A DNA stretch of 64,000 nucleotides from the sequence record MN871445.1. One strand, 5' to 3'. The notes under the pieces were generated by a model that did not search any database, was not told the origin of the DNA, and worked only from the letters and a program-made list of their open reading frames with translations. The translations under genes and the position numbers were made by a program. Position 1 is the stretch's first letter. Every line of letters begins with the position of its first letter. Shown in pieces: positions 52,751 to 62,936 of the stretch.

Positions 52751-52790
52751 CGGCATATCGGGTAGGGCTTTACCCCTACCCTTATTTATT
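52751..52790. terminator. CGGCATA + hairpin + T tract
   Basis: GGGTAGGG-CTTTAC-CCCTACCC then TTATTTATTT. Confidence 0.75.
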
Positions 52791-52810
52791 TAAACAAAAG
52801 GTAACCCTCA

Positions 52811-53359
52811 ATGGCTACTGAGACTGAACGCGTATACCGCGGTATTTTTTCATCTATTCCCGAAGGGGGTAGTTACACCATCATTCAACAGTGGGAAGGG
52901 TTTGTCCATCGTGATGATGGAATGATCACGAACCGCTGTCGCGCGTGTTTGGCAATTAACGACGGCGTGAAAGGCGAAAAGACATTTAGCGCCTGCACCA
53001 AGTATACCTACAGCCGGGATGACTTGGATAAATCTGCGGTCGAGCTGGAAACCGATAACCTCACTGAAAGTCAGATTGAGATCATCTCCAGTATGCTGGA
53101 CGTCTCGATATTCAAAAAACGCTACGTGCTGCAAGGTAACGGCCTGACTTTGGATGTGGATGTTTTCTATGACCAAATCCATAAAGAATGGCTGAACGCG
53201 TTTAAGGTCGATATTGAGGGTGGAGAAACGCCATCTGAAGAAGATGTTAAAAACATTCTGGCCGAACATGGATTTGTGGTCGAAGCTTTCATTCCAGTGC
53301 AAGAATTTGGTAAACGGTTTAACGCCATCACCCGGATAGAGCAGTTTAAAAATAATTAA
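52811..53359 (+). CDS. CYTH-like (triphosphate tunnel metalloenzyme) protein
   Basis: N-terminal ETER, TK, VELE, IFKKRY, LDVDVF, KVDIE. Confidence 0.6.
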   Translation: MATETERVYRGIFSSIPEGGSYTIIQQWEGFVHRDDGMITNRCRACLAINDGVKGEKTFSACTKYTYSRDDLDKSAVELETDNLTESQIEIISSMLDVSIFKKRYVLQGNGLTLDVDVFYDQIHKEWLNAFKVDIEGGETPSEEDVKNILAEHGFVVEAFIPVQEFGKRFNAITRIEQFKNN

Positions 53360-53363
53360 TCTG

Positions 53364-53390
53364 AAGGTGGGGTAACCCCACCTTTTTTAT
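53364..53390 (+). terminator. Intrinsic terminator
   Basis: GGTGGGG/CCCCACC stem then TTTTTT. Confidence 0.8.
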
Positions 53391-53407
53391 ATCGTAGGGG
53401 TACTAAT

Positions 53408-55017
53408 ATGTTTCAATTCAATATTTGGCGTAATGCGGTAGTGGTCACCGAAGAAATGGGCAAAGCTTACGTCGGACTTTCAGACGAATTGAAGAAAGAC
53501 TTTCTTACGATTCGCGAAGCCTGCGAAACTATGCTAGTTGAATGTAGTGCTTTGGAAGATGGTGCGGACAAATTGACCTCTCGAATTTGTCATTTCAAAC
53601 GCATTGGGATATGGAACTTGGATATGGTCATAACCATAGGTTCCCCCATACGGGTTTTGGGTTTAAAGCGTGTTCTTATAGACCCATCCATTGATTTTCC
53701 AGACCACTATCCGCTATTTAAAATTGATATCTCACCAGCTGTTCGTACCTCCCCCGCGGAAACCATACTTACGGAAAGAAAGGCGACTTACATTACCTGG
53801 GATGAATTCGATTTTCTTCAGAAGAAAGCGAAAGAATATTCAAACAGTGCCTCGGTGCTAATAGCCTATTTAAATAGTCACTTTCAATCAAAAATAAATG
53901 AATCGGTTCGACCGATTCCCTTCTACCCCGAATTGATATCCAGATACCGCGCCATGGCTGAGTCCTGCGGCCCTAGCGAAGAAACGCTACACCTGCTGGA
54001 TATGCTCAATACCCTGGAGCATTCACCAGAACAGTCTTTAACCAAAAAGCATCGCTGGCTCGGATGGATTCAGGGTGAATTGATTCATCTTGGTGCAACC
54101 ACCGTTCAAGCAGAGCGTGATTTTACTCGTGATATATTTAAGGGGGCTTAAATGTTAATTAAGATTTTGGGTATCGTTATTGCAACGGGCCGAGATAAGT
54201 CATTATTGAGTGAACGGTCAGAAAGAATCGATCCGGGTATTGCCCAAACTACCTCTACCGGTTTGTGCGTTATTTCCGATATGCCGAAATCGGAGTTACT
54301 GACCCCAAAGAAAAATACAGTCATGGGGGTTAAAGTCAATCCGTTGGTGGCGGCCATCCCGTGGCCGGATGTGGGTGATGACTCGTGGGGACAGACCTAT
54401 CTACTCAATGCGGTTGTTGAGTTCGACAGCCATGAGTGGTTTAGCATCTGCATAGTGGACCGCCTCAAGAAAAACTTAGGCTTTATGCTAGACCTGCCTG
54501 GGCAGATAGCCTACGATAAATTGTATTCGTTACACTGTGTCCATTATTCAAAAATGCATCCCGACGTCTTACGTGAAATTCCACAACTCATGGGACATAT
54601 TCTGAATTGCTACAATAATGGCCCATTTAGTCGTCGAGGGAGGGCATAATGCAAACCGAAACCGAAAAGCAAGAAATAATTGCGGGTTTAAATAAAACCA
54701 TGATCGCCATGGGGTTGGACCCCAATAAAGTAAATGAATGGAATTATGGCTTGACGATAATTCGTCTAGCCCGCAGCTGGCTGCAACCGGGGAACGCTCA
54801 GCTCCGGGATACTTTAATTGCTATAGCCGAAACCGCTCCCATCGTAGAGGCGGACCTATTGGCTACTTTTAAAGATCTGCAAGTTGAAAACATGTATCAT
54901 TTAAAAGAACGGGGATTAACTGCGCGTGTGGTTATTGGTTATCAACACCACTATTGGGCATGCACCCCAGAAGGGTTCGACGTTTATCGCGCAATGAAAA
55001 TAGAAGGGAAGGAGTAA
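53408..55017 (+). CDS. Three hypothetical proteins (53408..54151 with C-terminal K.HRWLGWIQG...ERDFTR domain, 54152..54649, 54649..55017)
   Basis: Coupled ORFs. Confidence 0.7.
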
Positions 55018-55020
55018 GTT

Positions 55021-55473
55021 ATGAAATTATCAGATTGGTTGCCTGGGGTTCCGGTAGAATCTAACGTGATGGAACCTTGCCCTTGTTGTGGTTCGGAAAA
55101 AACCACAATCAGACAGAGGCCTGATGGGCAAGCGGAAGGCGGTTGTCTGGAATGCGGTTTGGCAATGTTCTCCTCCACAGTTAGTGGGGTATTACTCAAA
55201 TGGAATAAACGGCACGTTCCATGGGTCGACCCGAAAGTCAGGCTGCCAGAAAAACCCAGGCTGGGCAACCCTTACGTTCCAGTGTTGGTTTTACTCGACG
55301 GCGAATTAAGTAGCGACTTTGCTTTCTACTCAACATCCGAGGCCTTTTTCTCATGGGAGCGCGGAGGGGAAGCAGTAACAGATACTATCGTCGGATGGAT
55401 GTACCTCCCACTAATCAATAACGTTCAAGAGTACTACGAACGTTCAAAAAAGGATGCGGATGATGCAGAATAA
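55021..55473 (+). CDS. Lar-like zinc ribbon fused to a DUF551-like domain
   Basis: PCPCCGS...CLECG...KWN.R, then PWVDPKVRLPE...VLV...VGWMYLP. Confidence 0.65.
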   Translation: MKLSDWLPGVPVESNVMEPCPCCGSEKTTIRQRPDGQAEGGCLECGLAMFSSTVSGVLLKWNKRHVPWVDPKVRLPEKPRLGNPYVPVLVLLDGELSSDFAFYSTSEAFFSWERGGEAVTDTIVGWMYLPLINNVQEYYERSKKDADDAE

Positions 55474-55576
55474 AGATACGTCATTAATATCGTGCTTTGT
55501 GGGCGGTACGCTGTTCGGTGTTGTGGTAACCGTGCTGATTGCGGTGTTGAGTCAATTACTTATCGCCTCACTGTAA
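55463..55576 (+). CDS. Small single-TM protein, 37 aa (below ORF-track cutoff)
   Basis: Manual translation MQNKDTSLISCFVGGTLFGVVVTVLIAVLSQLLIASL. Confidence 0.5.
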   Translation: MQNKDTSLISCFVGGTLFGVVVTVLIAVLSQLLIASL

Positions 55577-55993
55577 TCGGGTGGTCGGTATGTGTGACTA
55601 TCTCACCGATAGACAAAATGCCCGTGAGGTTATGCGGAAAATTGCACGGGCTGTAGACCGAAGTGACGTTAATCAACTTCTTGCGGAACTTCGGACAGAG
55701 CCTACAACAACTATCCGGGTATTGACTGCGGCATTACGGTGTACCTATATGGGTAGACACAGGCTATCCGAATGGGCTTTGTTATTTGAACACATCAAAG
55801 TTAAATTTCCGCATCTGGCCGATGACTACCTCATCGGTCTATCGGTAGATTAAAAAAACAACTTGCTTTAAATTGTATGAATAAACAGGAAATCCCAAAT
55901 GGTGAGAGGCCCCAGAACCCCTCAATATCCATCCTGTTTATTCCGCACTGGATGATATCATCCAGGACATAAACTAACCATAAGGTATTTACT

Positions 55994-56755
55994 ATGGGTC
56001 GTCAAAAAGCTAAGGCTAATGCTCGTCGTCGCGACAACAATGTGGTACATCTTGGGGCACCATTCAATCACCCCGGAGATGCGCTGTTGGAACAAACTCT
56101 GGGTACGAAAGAACGACGTAATGATAGCCCTCTGGAAGCGCGTAATGAGAACCAGCAACTCTTTCTGGATCTCCTGGCTGAAAAAGACCTCGTATTTGCA
56201 TCGGGCAGCGCTGGTTGCGGTAAAACATATCTGTCGGCGTCCTGGGCTGCTGAGCGCCTGAAAGCAAAAGAAATCGACCGTATCATCGTAACGCGCCCGG
56301 TATTACAGTCTGGCGAAGACCTGGGTTTCTTACCGGGAACTATTCACGAAAAATTCCTGCCGTTCTTCCGGCCAGTCTACGACGTACTGCGGGAACGTTT
56401 GGGTGCTTCTTTCCTGGAATACTGTCTGAAGCCTGAAGTGGGTAAAGTTGAGATTGCGCCATTCGCGTATATGCGCGGGCGCAACTTCGATCGTGCCGTC
56501 GTGCTGTTGGATGAAGCACAAAACGCCACTGCCTCCCACATGAAGATGTTTCTCACCCGCATCGGTGAAGATACTCAGGTTATTGTCTCTGGTGACCATA
56601 ACCAAATTGATTTGCCTGGCCACGTAAAATCTGGTCTGGTCGATGCACTGAGTCGTTTCAAATACGGCCCACAGGTGGGTCGGGTCTCTTTCCTGGATGC
56701 GGACTGTGTGCGTTCTGTACTGTGTTCTGAAGCACTGCTGGCGTACAAAGACTAA
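55994..56755 (+). CDS. phoH: PhoH-family ATPase
   Basis: GSAGCGKT, RPV...GEDLGFLPG, APFAYMRGRNF, LLDEAQN, LTRIGE, SGD..QIDL. Confidence 0.96.
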   Translation: MGRQKAKANARRRDNNVVHLGAPFNHPGDALLEQTLGTKERRNDSPLEARNENQQLFLDLLAEKDLVFASGSAGCGKTYLSASWAAERLKAKEIDRIIVTRPVLQSGEDLGFLPGTIHEKFLPFFRPVYDVLRERLGASFLEYCLKPEVGKVEIAPFAYMRGRNFDRAVVLLDEAQNATASHMKMFLTRIGEDTQVIVSGDHNQIDLPGHVKSGLVDALSRFKYGPQVGRVSFLDADCVRSVLCSEALLAYKD

Positions 56756-56773
56756 GATGCCTTATGGTTCTGA

Positions 56774-56803
56774 GGGAGGCTTCGGCCTCCCTTTTATGCC
56801 GTC
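56774..56803 (+). terminator. Hairpin with TTTTATGCCG tail
   Basis: GGGAGGC-TTCG-GCCTCCC then TTTTATGCCGTC. Confidence 0.85.
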
Positions 56804-56847
56804 TTTTTTTTATTTTGTCAAAACCACATACTAAAAAAGCTCACACC

Positions 56848-56862
56848 TATATTACTTTGGTG
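56848..56862 (+). promoter_or_regulatory. Early promoter box TATATTAC(TTTGGTG)
   Basis: Exact motif after the terminator, before the ATG at 56899. Confidence 0.72.
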
Positions 56863-56898
56863 GTTAATGTGACCATCATCTTTCGTGAGGATTTTACC

Positions 56899-58324
56899 AT
56901 GGAACATTATATTTTTGATGCAGACGACTATATTGAAATGTATAGCCATTATGGTATTTCAGTATATCGGTTTGACTACCCCGCTCTTTTGGAGCGTTAC
57001 AATGACATCCCCGCGGTTGTTGTGACCTACAACAACGAGTACTTCGGTGAGCTGAGTAACGTACCTACGTTCATGCGTAACGTGCGTGATATCTTATTGC
57101 ATTTCTATAAGGGATTTGCATATGAGTATTTTCAGAAAGGCGATACTTGGCGAGGATCAACGCTGGAGTTGGCTATCCGGGAGGCCTACACTACTCTGGT
57201 AGGCAATGATATTTGGCATATCGCCGCAGGAGGAAACTGGTATAGCCGCTGGAACAGTCTTCCTCTGGACCAACTTGATACGTTATCCCAAAGTGAGCTT
57301 GAACACGCCATGCGGCTATGTACCGATAATGGTGACATCGTGGAAGTGAAACCATCGGTGACTGCTATGGGTACGTTACAATTCATGGGGGGTACGGGGG
57401 CCGGTATGTCAAATTCTAGTTTGATGATGACTATGACCATCTCAACCAACCTCACAGAAATTCCTTCTATGGGTGGTCCTCGCGAATACAGCAAACATCG
57501 GTTGGTGTTGTCTGATGCTGTCGCGATGGGCCATCGCCTACCTACCTGGAAAGAACTGTATCTGCGTAATCGCAATCTGATCGATGCATTTTTATCTGCG
57601 ACAAATAAAGGATAGTAAAATGAAACCATTTGTATTTCCAACCGAAGAACCTACGGTAGATGTTGTTGCCTACCCCTTCTTGAAAACAATCGTCAATCAG
57701 TTGGAGACGGCTGTGGGTGCACACTCTCCGTACGCCCGCGATATGCTGTTTCATAGCGGTAACTGCGATAGCAACATCGATACTGAAGTATTCAAACTGC
57801 GCGCTCACGATTACTCCGCGGAAGGTGACAATAACACCTGGAACTTCATCTGGGGTGATTTCGCTATTCAGTGGTACAAACACAGCGGCCGTTGCTTGGT
57901 CTGCACCCGTAAGCTGTCACACGCTGAATTTGTGCAGATGTTAGCTGAGGTGCGTGCAACCCTCGAAACCTTGACATTCACCCAATATTCACGGCGTGAT
58001 TCTCAGGGTGAGGAACTGCCGTTAACGCCGCGGGACGTTCAACAAAGACTGCTATCGTTGCAACTCAACAGTCAGTATGGTGCGTATGGTAATGCATACC
58101 CAGGTAGCACCCCAACGCTAACCTCGGCACTCAAACGGGCTGAAGGTGATGGTGCTTTGCCTGCTGACGTGAATCCGTTCTTAATCGATGGGGATCTTAA
58201 TGTCCTGTATCCTCCCAGGGCTATAGACCACCTGATTTCAACCCCTACGTCAGCAGAAGACCCGACCCCTAACCTGATGATGCGTTTACTCAAACGTAGA
58301 AAAGAGCTGAAACAACAACGATGA
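56899..58324 (+). CDS. Two hypothetical proteins (56899..57615, 57620..58324)
   Basis: SD sites; the second contains LNSQYG. Confidence 0.7.
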
Positions 58325-58863
58325 CTGACACTCACATCCCGCAAGTATACTTCGTCGGTGACAACCATATCGGCGATAAAATCATGCTGAAATATCGACC
58401 TTATTTCAAAACCATGAAAGACCACAACAATGCCACCTGGGGGTTATTGGACCAGGTTACCGCTGAAGATGTTGTTTGTTTCATGGGTGATAATTTCTTA
58501 ACACCTGAATCCCTAGAACGGTTGGCAACTTACCCGTTCAAGAAAATTCAATTGTTGGGGAACCACGAATTTGAAAAAGGCGTGACTATCCACCAGTTGG
58601 CTAAAGTCATGGATGAGGTCCACGGTTGTTTAAAATGGGAAGAGTTTTGGTTATCTCATCTTCCTGTACACAAGCGCGTGTTGGGTCCCGGGATGTTTAA
58701 CATCCACGGACACTTCCATGAAAATGCCATCTCCATGGATAAGCGATATATCAACGTTTCTATGGAAGCCACCTATTTCCGACTGATCTCCCTGGAAGAT
58801 ATCCGGACTGGCGTTTATATCCCATTCCAAAACCCCTATGAGGAAAGACATCATGGCAGTTAA
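58321..58863 (+). CDS. Calcineurin-like metallophosphoesterase
   Basis: GDNH, MGDNF, LGNHE, LSH.P, NIHGHFH, YINVS.E. Confidence 0.92.
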   Translation: MTDTHIPQVYFVGDNHIGDKIMLKYRPYFKTMKDHNNATWGLLDQVTAEDVVCFMGDNFLTPESLERLATYPFKKIQLLGNHEFEKGVTIHQLAKVMDEVHGCLKWEEFWLSHLPVHKRVLGPGMFNIHGHFHENAISMDKRYINVSMEATYFRLISLEDIRTGVYIPFQNPYEERHHGS

Positions 58864-59682
58864 CACATTTAACTACGCTCCTAAGTTTTATATGCCGTAC
58901 CCCGAGTCAAAAAAGACTCGGATTAGCGCTCGTTCAATTGGCGATTGTTTAATCGCCACCACCTTTAAATTCGATGAAGAGTCGGATAGCTACATGACTG
59001 TTCTGGAAGTGCTCGGTATTCCGGGACATGATAATGGCGTTGAACTCTTCCGACAATACCATCAAGAACCAGAACTGGACAAAGTTATTGGTGTGCTGTT
59101 AACTCACGTCTATCACGGCCTGCTGGATGCCATTAATTTTGGCATCAGGCGCGCCGATAAAAATCACATGCGTATTGCGCAACGGTGCGTTTTAGATAAT
59201 TTCAACGCGCTATCATCCCGGTATGGTATTGAGTTCCGGGTAGAGCGTCAGGACAGTTTTGAGGGCCGCACTGACCGGATGGTTTATACGCAACGGGTAG
59301 TCTCTGAACGCCGACATGGGTGTTGTGAATATACCTATCAGTTGGATGTAAAAAATAAAGAGACGGGGGTTACTCGCAGCGTACGCTGGGATGTGGTAAA
59401 TACCGACTATCTTCCGATGTTTTCATGTTACGACCTTCATCGCCAGCACACCAAAGAAATCGATCGGCTGTTCCTCGACCTGGAAAAATCCACCAACTAA
59501 AAGGTACTGCCATGTTAGAAACACTCCTGCCATTCCTACCCGTGGTTTGGGTAGGAATGTTAATCTACGCCCTGGCCTCGGCAAGAGGGAACGCCGGTAC
59601 AACCCATCTGGTCTTATCCATGATTGGGTTGTGTTTCACCACCTACTGGATGATTTATCATTTCAGTGCTGATAAGTTATAG
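58853..59682 (+). CDS. Hypothetical protein (~58853..59500) and small two-TM protein (59512..59682)
   Basis: Coupled ORFs; the second is hydrophobic. Confidence 0.6.
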
Positions 59683-59695
59683 CGAGGTAATTTTA

Positions 59696-60295
59696 ATGTT
59701 TATTAATCACCCCAATGGTACTTTTGAACTCGGCAAAATCGTCTATGTTGGTGTAGCCACGAATTCAAGTGCGGCCGTTCAGGAAGGGTTAATCACCTGG
59801 GCGAAACAGTTGGATGCTTCCCCTGAGGAAATCGTCTATCTGGTAGAGGAAAACAGTTTGGGAAAGGCTATGCTGGACACATTCCCCAAACGCCCGCAAA
59901 GCATCATGGTTCGCATGGCGCCCCACGACATCGTGACCTCGGTGACTACAACACCACTCCCCACCGACACAAAAGTATTGGTGGTCGCTCACCTACACGG
60001 TGCATTTACCACTGACGACGATTTGAAAGCGCTTCGCCTGTTTGCCCAGAAATCGGGGATACTTCTCGTGGTACCGGCAATGTTGCGTGAAGATATAGAC
60101 CTATCGAAAGTTGACGTCGATAGTCTCGGGTATTATATCAAAACAAACATACCCTACAAATACTGGCGTGATGTCCTTCAGGTTGATGTCGGTATCGTGA
60201 CCGTTAACCCCAACGGCACCGGATGGTTGGGTGCGGTGGCAAAACATCGCGGTAAAGTGATACCCGAAAGTCAACGTGTTGTTCAACTATCGTAA
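59696..60295 (+). CDS. Degenerate DnaB/RecA-fold protein lacking Walker A
   Basis: KIVYVG, IVYLVEE, VLVVAHL, LKALRLFAQKSGILLVVPA, DVGIV and AVAKHRG follow the DnaB H1-H4 order; no GKT. Confidence 0.5.
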   Translation: MFINHPNGTFELGKIVYVGVATNSSAAVQEGLITWAKQLDASPEEIVYLVEENSLGKAMLDTFPKRPQSIMVRMAPHDIVTSVTTTPLPTDTKVLVVAHLHGAFTTDDDLKALRLFAQKSGILLVVPAMLREDIDLSKVDVDSLGYYIKTNIPYKYWRDVLQVDVGIVTVNPNGTGWLGAVAKHRGKVIPESQRVVQLS

Positions 60296-60322
60296 GTAAT
60301 TTACAACTTACGATAAATGTAT

Positions 60323-60350
60323 TGAGTGGGCATTCGTCCACTCATTTCTT
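60323..60350 (+). terminator. Hairpin terminator
   Basis: TGAGTGG/CCACTCA stem then TTTCTT. Confidence 0.6.
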
Positions 60351-60396
60351 AACTACTCACAATCGATAGCAATAGGTCTATTCGAAAGGAGCTAAT

Positions 60397-61689
60397 ATGT
60401 GTGAAGCAGTAAAATGTAAATCTAGTGAGATGACCCCAACCGGTTATTCCATGCGGTTTGAATCGGAAGAAGGCCTTATCTACACAATCAAAATAAACAA
60501 TAATACTATTTCCAAATTGACTACCCTCTTTGTTTTGTTACATAAAACAAAGGACCTTCAGCAGGAATTTGTTGTAGGGGTTCAGTTACCGATAGATGTT
60601 TCATCCCGGGATGAGGATGACCCTTTCGACTTAAGCTCGAAGAATTTCTGGGTGGCAAAGAAGGGGCGTGATGAATGTCTGATCAGTATTCCGGGATTCC
60701 CGCAGTCCATTTTAGTAAATTCATCAGGTTTATTTAAATCCCTTATTTACATCTACGACCAGATGTTTGGTGACGTGCCCCAAGCAACGGCTGTGAGGCA
60801 AGGCGCATTGTCTTTGGTTGAAAACACCCCATTCACATTTGATGCTACCTTATTTCATTTTCCTCGGTCCTATGGTGTTGTCAATGCATGCAGCAACCAT
60901 AAATGTCTGGTTATCCAACCTGTAATGCCTAATGGTAAATCGAAACATTATGTTCGACTGAATGGGCATCGCCTCGGGGTTACCCAATACGAGCTGGATG
61001 CTGATAATTGTTGGGTGGCCGTACCCAACTGGCCGAAAGCAGAAATTGCTCGCTTCGTAACCGGAACGTATGAATTCAAACTGATTTAAAACCATCGGGT
61101 GAGTGGCTTTGGCCACTCACCCTAACTGCTGTATTTTTTATTGGGGATTACGCACATGAACGATAACGTTGTATTTCGTAATGCTGTCGAATTAAAAACT
61201 GCCATTGGTGAAAAAGCACGACTGGGGAAAGGGAACATGTTTGGCATATCGGTCGAGCAATCTCCCCGCAACACCATTCTGATTGCCACCCAGCTGGTTG
61301 CTAAAATCACCGACCCCAAGGCCCCGGCGATTATCTATACCGATATTCCGGAGGATGTAAACGTCAGATTGACGATGCGGAAGGAACAAGCCATCATCGT
61401 CACTGATATGGGCGACTTGAAAAAAGAAGTTGTGCGTGTAGCTGAAGAAGAAAAAATAATCCCGACTGTACTGTTAGCCTGTTGTGACCGACCAAACCTT
61501 ATCACTTATAATGAAGAAGTCGGGGATAACGTATTTACTTTTTTGGCGGTTCCTGGAAAACACCCTAATGGATTGGGTCTGGGTTCTAATTTGTATTTAA
61601 CTGAGTATTTCATGGCCTATTTGCGGGGTGAGCGTTATTTGTTATGGCGCAACAGTACTGGAAATTCCGGCGTAATTATTGATTTTTAG
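60397..61689 (+). CDS. Two hypothetical proteins (60397..61089, ~61156..61689)
   Basis: AGGAG SD; separated by an 11-bp-stem hairpin at 61097-61122. Confidence 0.7.
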
Positions 61690-61699
61690 GAGAAAAACA

Positions 61700-62302
61700 A
61701 TGGGTTCCCTCTATTTCTATTATGGCGGAATGAATGCATCTAAGACCGCCCAGCTAGTTATGGCAGCGCACAATTATGAAGAGGCGGGGATGCGCCCTCT
61801 TTGCCTCAAGCCAAGACTGGATACGCGTGAGGGAGATACCCCCATGATTGTTTCCAGAATAGGTTTAAAACGAGAGGCTCTATGGATTACCCCACTAGAT
61901 GACCTGGCGTACGTTTATCGGTCTTATTGTGCTCATACCGGCCACCATCACCATTGTATCTTGGTGGACGAAGCCCAATTTCTCACAGTAGACCAAGTTA
62001 AGCAGTTGGCCTCACTCACCAACGATTTTGATGATTTGTCGATACTCTGTTACGGTCTGAGAACAGATTTCCAGGGAAAATTATTTCCTGGTAGTGCTGA
62101 ACTACTGGCCCAAGCGGAACATATTGGGGAAATCAAGGGAATGTGCGTTAACGGCTGCGGTAAGAAAAGTACGCACGTTCTGCGCTATAATAGTAGTGGG
62201 GTATTGGTTAAGGAAGGGCCTCAAGTACAGGTGGGTGGCAACGATGCTTATCGCGCTGTTTGCCGTAAATGTTTTGCAAAGGCGTGGGGTGGAAAGCCAT
62301 GA
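61700..62302 (+). CDS. tdk: Thymidine kinase (type II)
   Basis: YGGMNASKT, KP..DTR, CILVDEAQFL, YGLRTDFQG.LF.GS, Zn-binding C..C, QVGG..AYRAVCRKC. Confidence 0.96.
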   Translation: MGSLYFYYGGMNASKTAQLVMAAHNYEEAGMRPLCLKPRLDTREGDTPMIVSRIGLKREALWITPLDDLAYVYRSYCAHTGHHHHCILVDEAQFLTVDQVKQLASLTNDFDDLSILCYGLRTDFQGKLFPGSAELLAQAEHIGEIKGMCVNGCGKKSTHVLRYNSSGVLVKEGPQVQVGGNDAYRAVCRKCFAKAWGGKP

Positions 62303-62838
62303 AAAAAGATTGGTTTTATTGGGCGATGCGTATAGGCCTGTATTCCGGATACAGAAAAACCAGGCGGGATATGATGTTCACGCGACTGCTTGATCTTAAC
62401 ATGTTTAACCGTAAGACCTGGCAGGAACGTGGAAAAACAGAGACCCCCAAACACGTCGGTGTAAAACTCAGGCAGATGTTTCTGGATTACGAAAAGACAG
62501 ATGCCTGGAAATTACATCGTGTCGACCTAACGGTAACCCAGACTCACCGGCGGGTTGTCAGCCTGAGATTGAAATCACCGGACAGCGCCGAAATAAGCTT
62601 TACGATGTATTACTGGGATATCGGTTTATTTTTGCGTATCTGTGACGGCTTCATCGGGATAGATAACGATGAACTAAATTGGATGCTGAAGAAAATAAAT
62701 AGGGAATCCGCTTTATCGAGCCACCAACAAATCTACCATGCAATAAAAGGCCGGAGTAAACCCAGCCCTCGTGATTACACCCCTAAACCCGGCATGTCGG
62801 TCGATGAAATGTTGGCGGAAATTAACCAGCGACATTGA
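62299..62838 (+). CDS. Hypothetical protein
   Basis: ATGA-coupled to tdk. Confidence 0.7.
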   Translation: MKKDWFYWAMRIGLYSGYRKTRRDMMFTRLLDLNMFNRKTWQERGKTETPKHVGVKLRQMFLDYEKTDAWKLHRVDLTVTQTHRRVVSLRLKSPDSAEISFTMYYWDIGLFLRICDGFIGIDNDELNWMLKKINRESALSSHQQIYHAIKGRSKPSPRDYTPKPGMSVDEMLAEINQRH

Positions 62839-62857
62839 ATCAAAAATACTATAAATA

Positions 62858-62905
62858 CATATTACTGTATTGAATCCAGGGAGGTAAAATACCTCCCTTT
62901 TATGA
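62858..62905 (+). promoter_or_regulatory. CATATTAC promoter-like box followed by a hairpin and TTTTATG
   Basis: One mismatch to the consensus, A-rich upstream; GGGAGGTA-AAA-TACCTCCC at 62879-62897. Confidence 0.5.
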
Positions 62906-62936
62906 CCTAACCATAATTTACTACGGGATAAAAATC

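Noticed and set aside
57620-58324. Calling this ORF a split family-B DNA polymerase subunit
   Set aside because: Only an NS.YG-like peptide without the catalytic Lys; no DxxSLYP or YGDTD motifs nearby
1826-62454. Numerous minus-strand and alternate-frame ORFs in the track (e.g. 1826..2242, 25295..25990, 44633..45091, 52850..53302, 57186..57641)
   Set aside because: They are shadows of better + strand genes that have SD sites and coupling; only 780, 20359, 40236-42321 and 48353 are accepted on the minus strand
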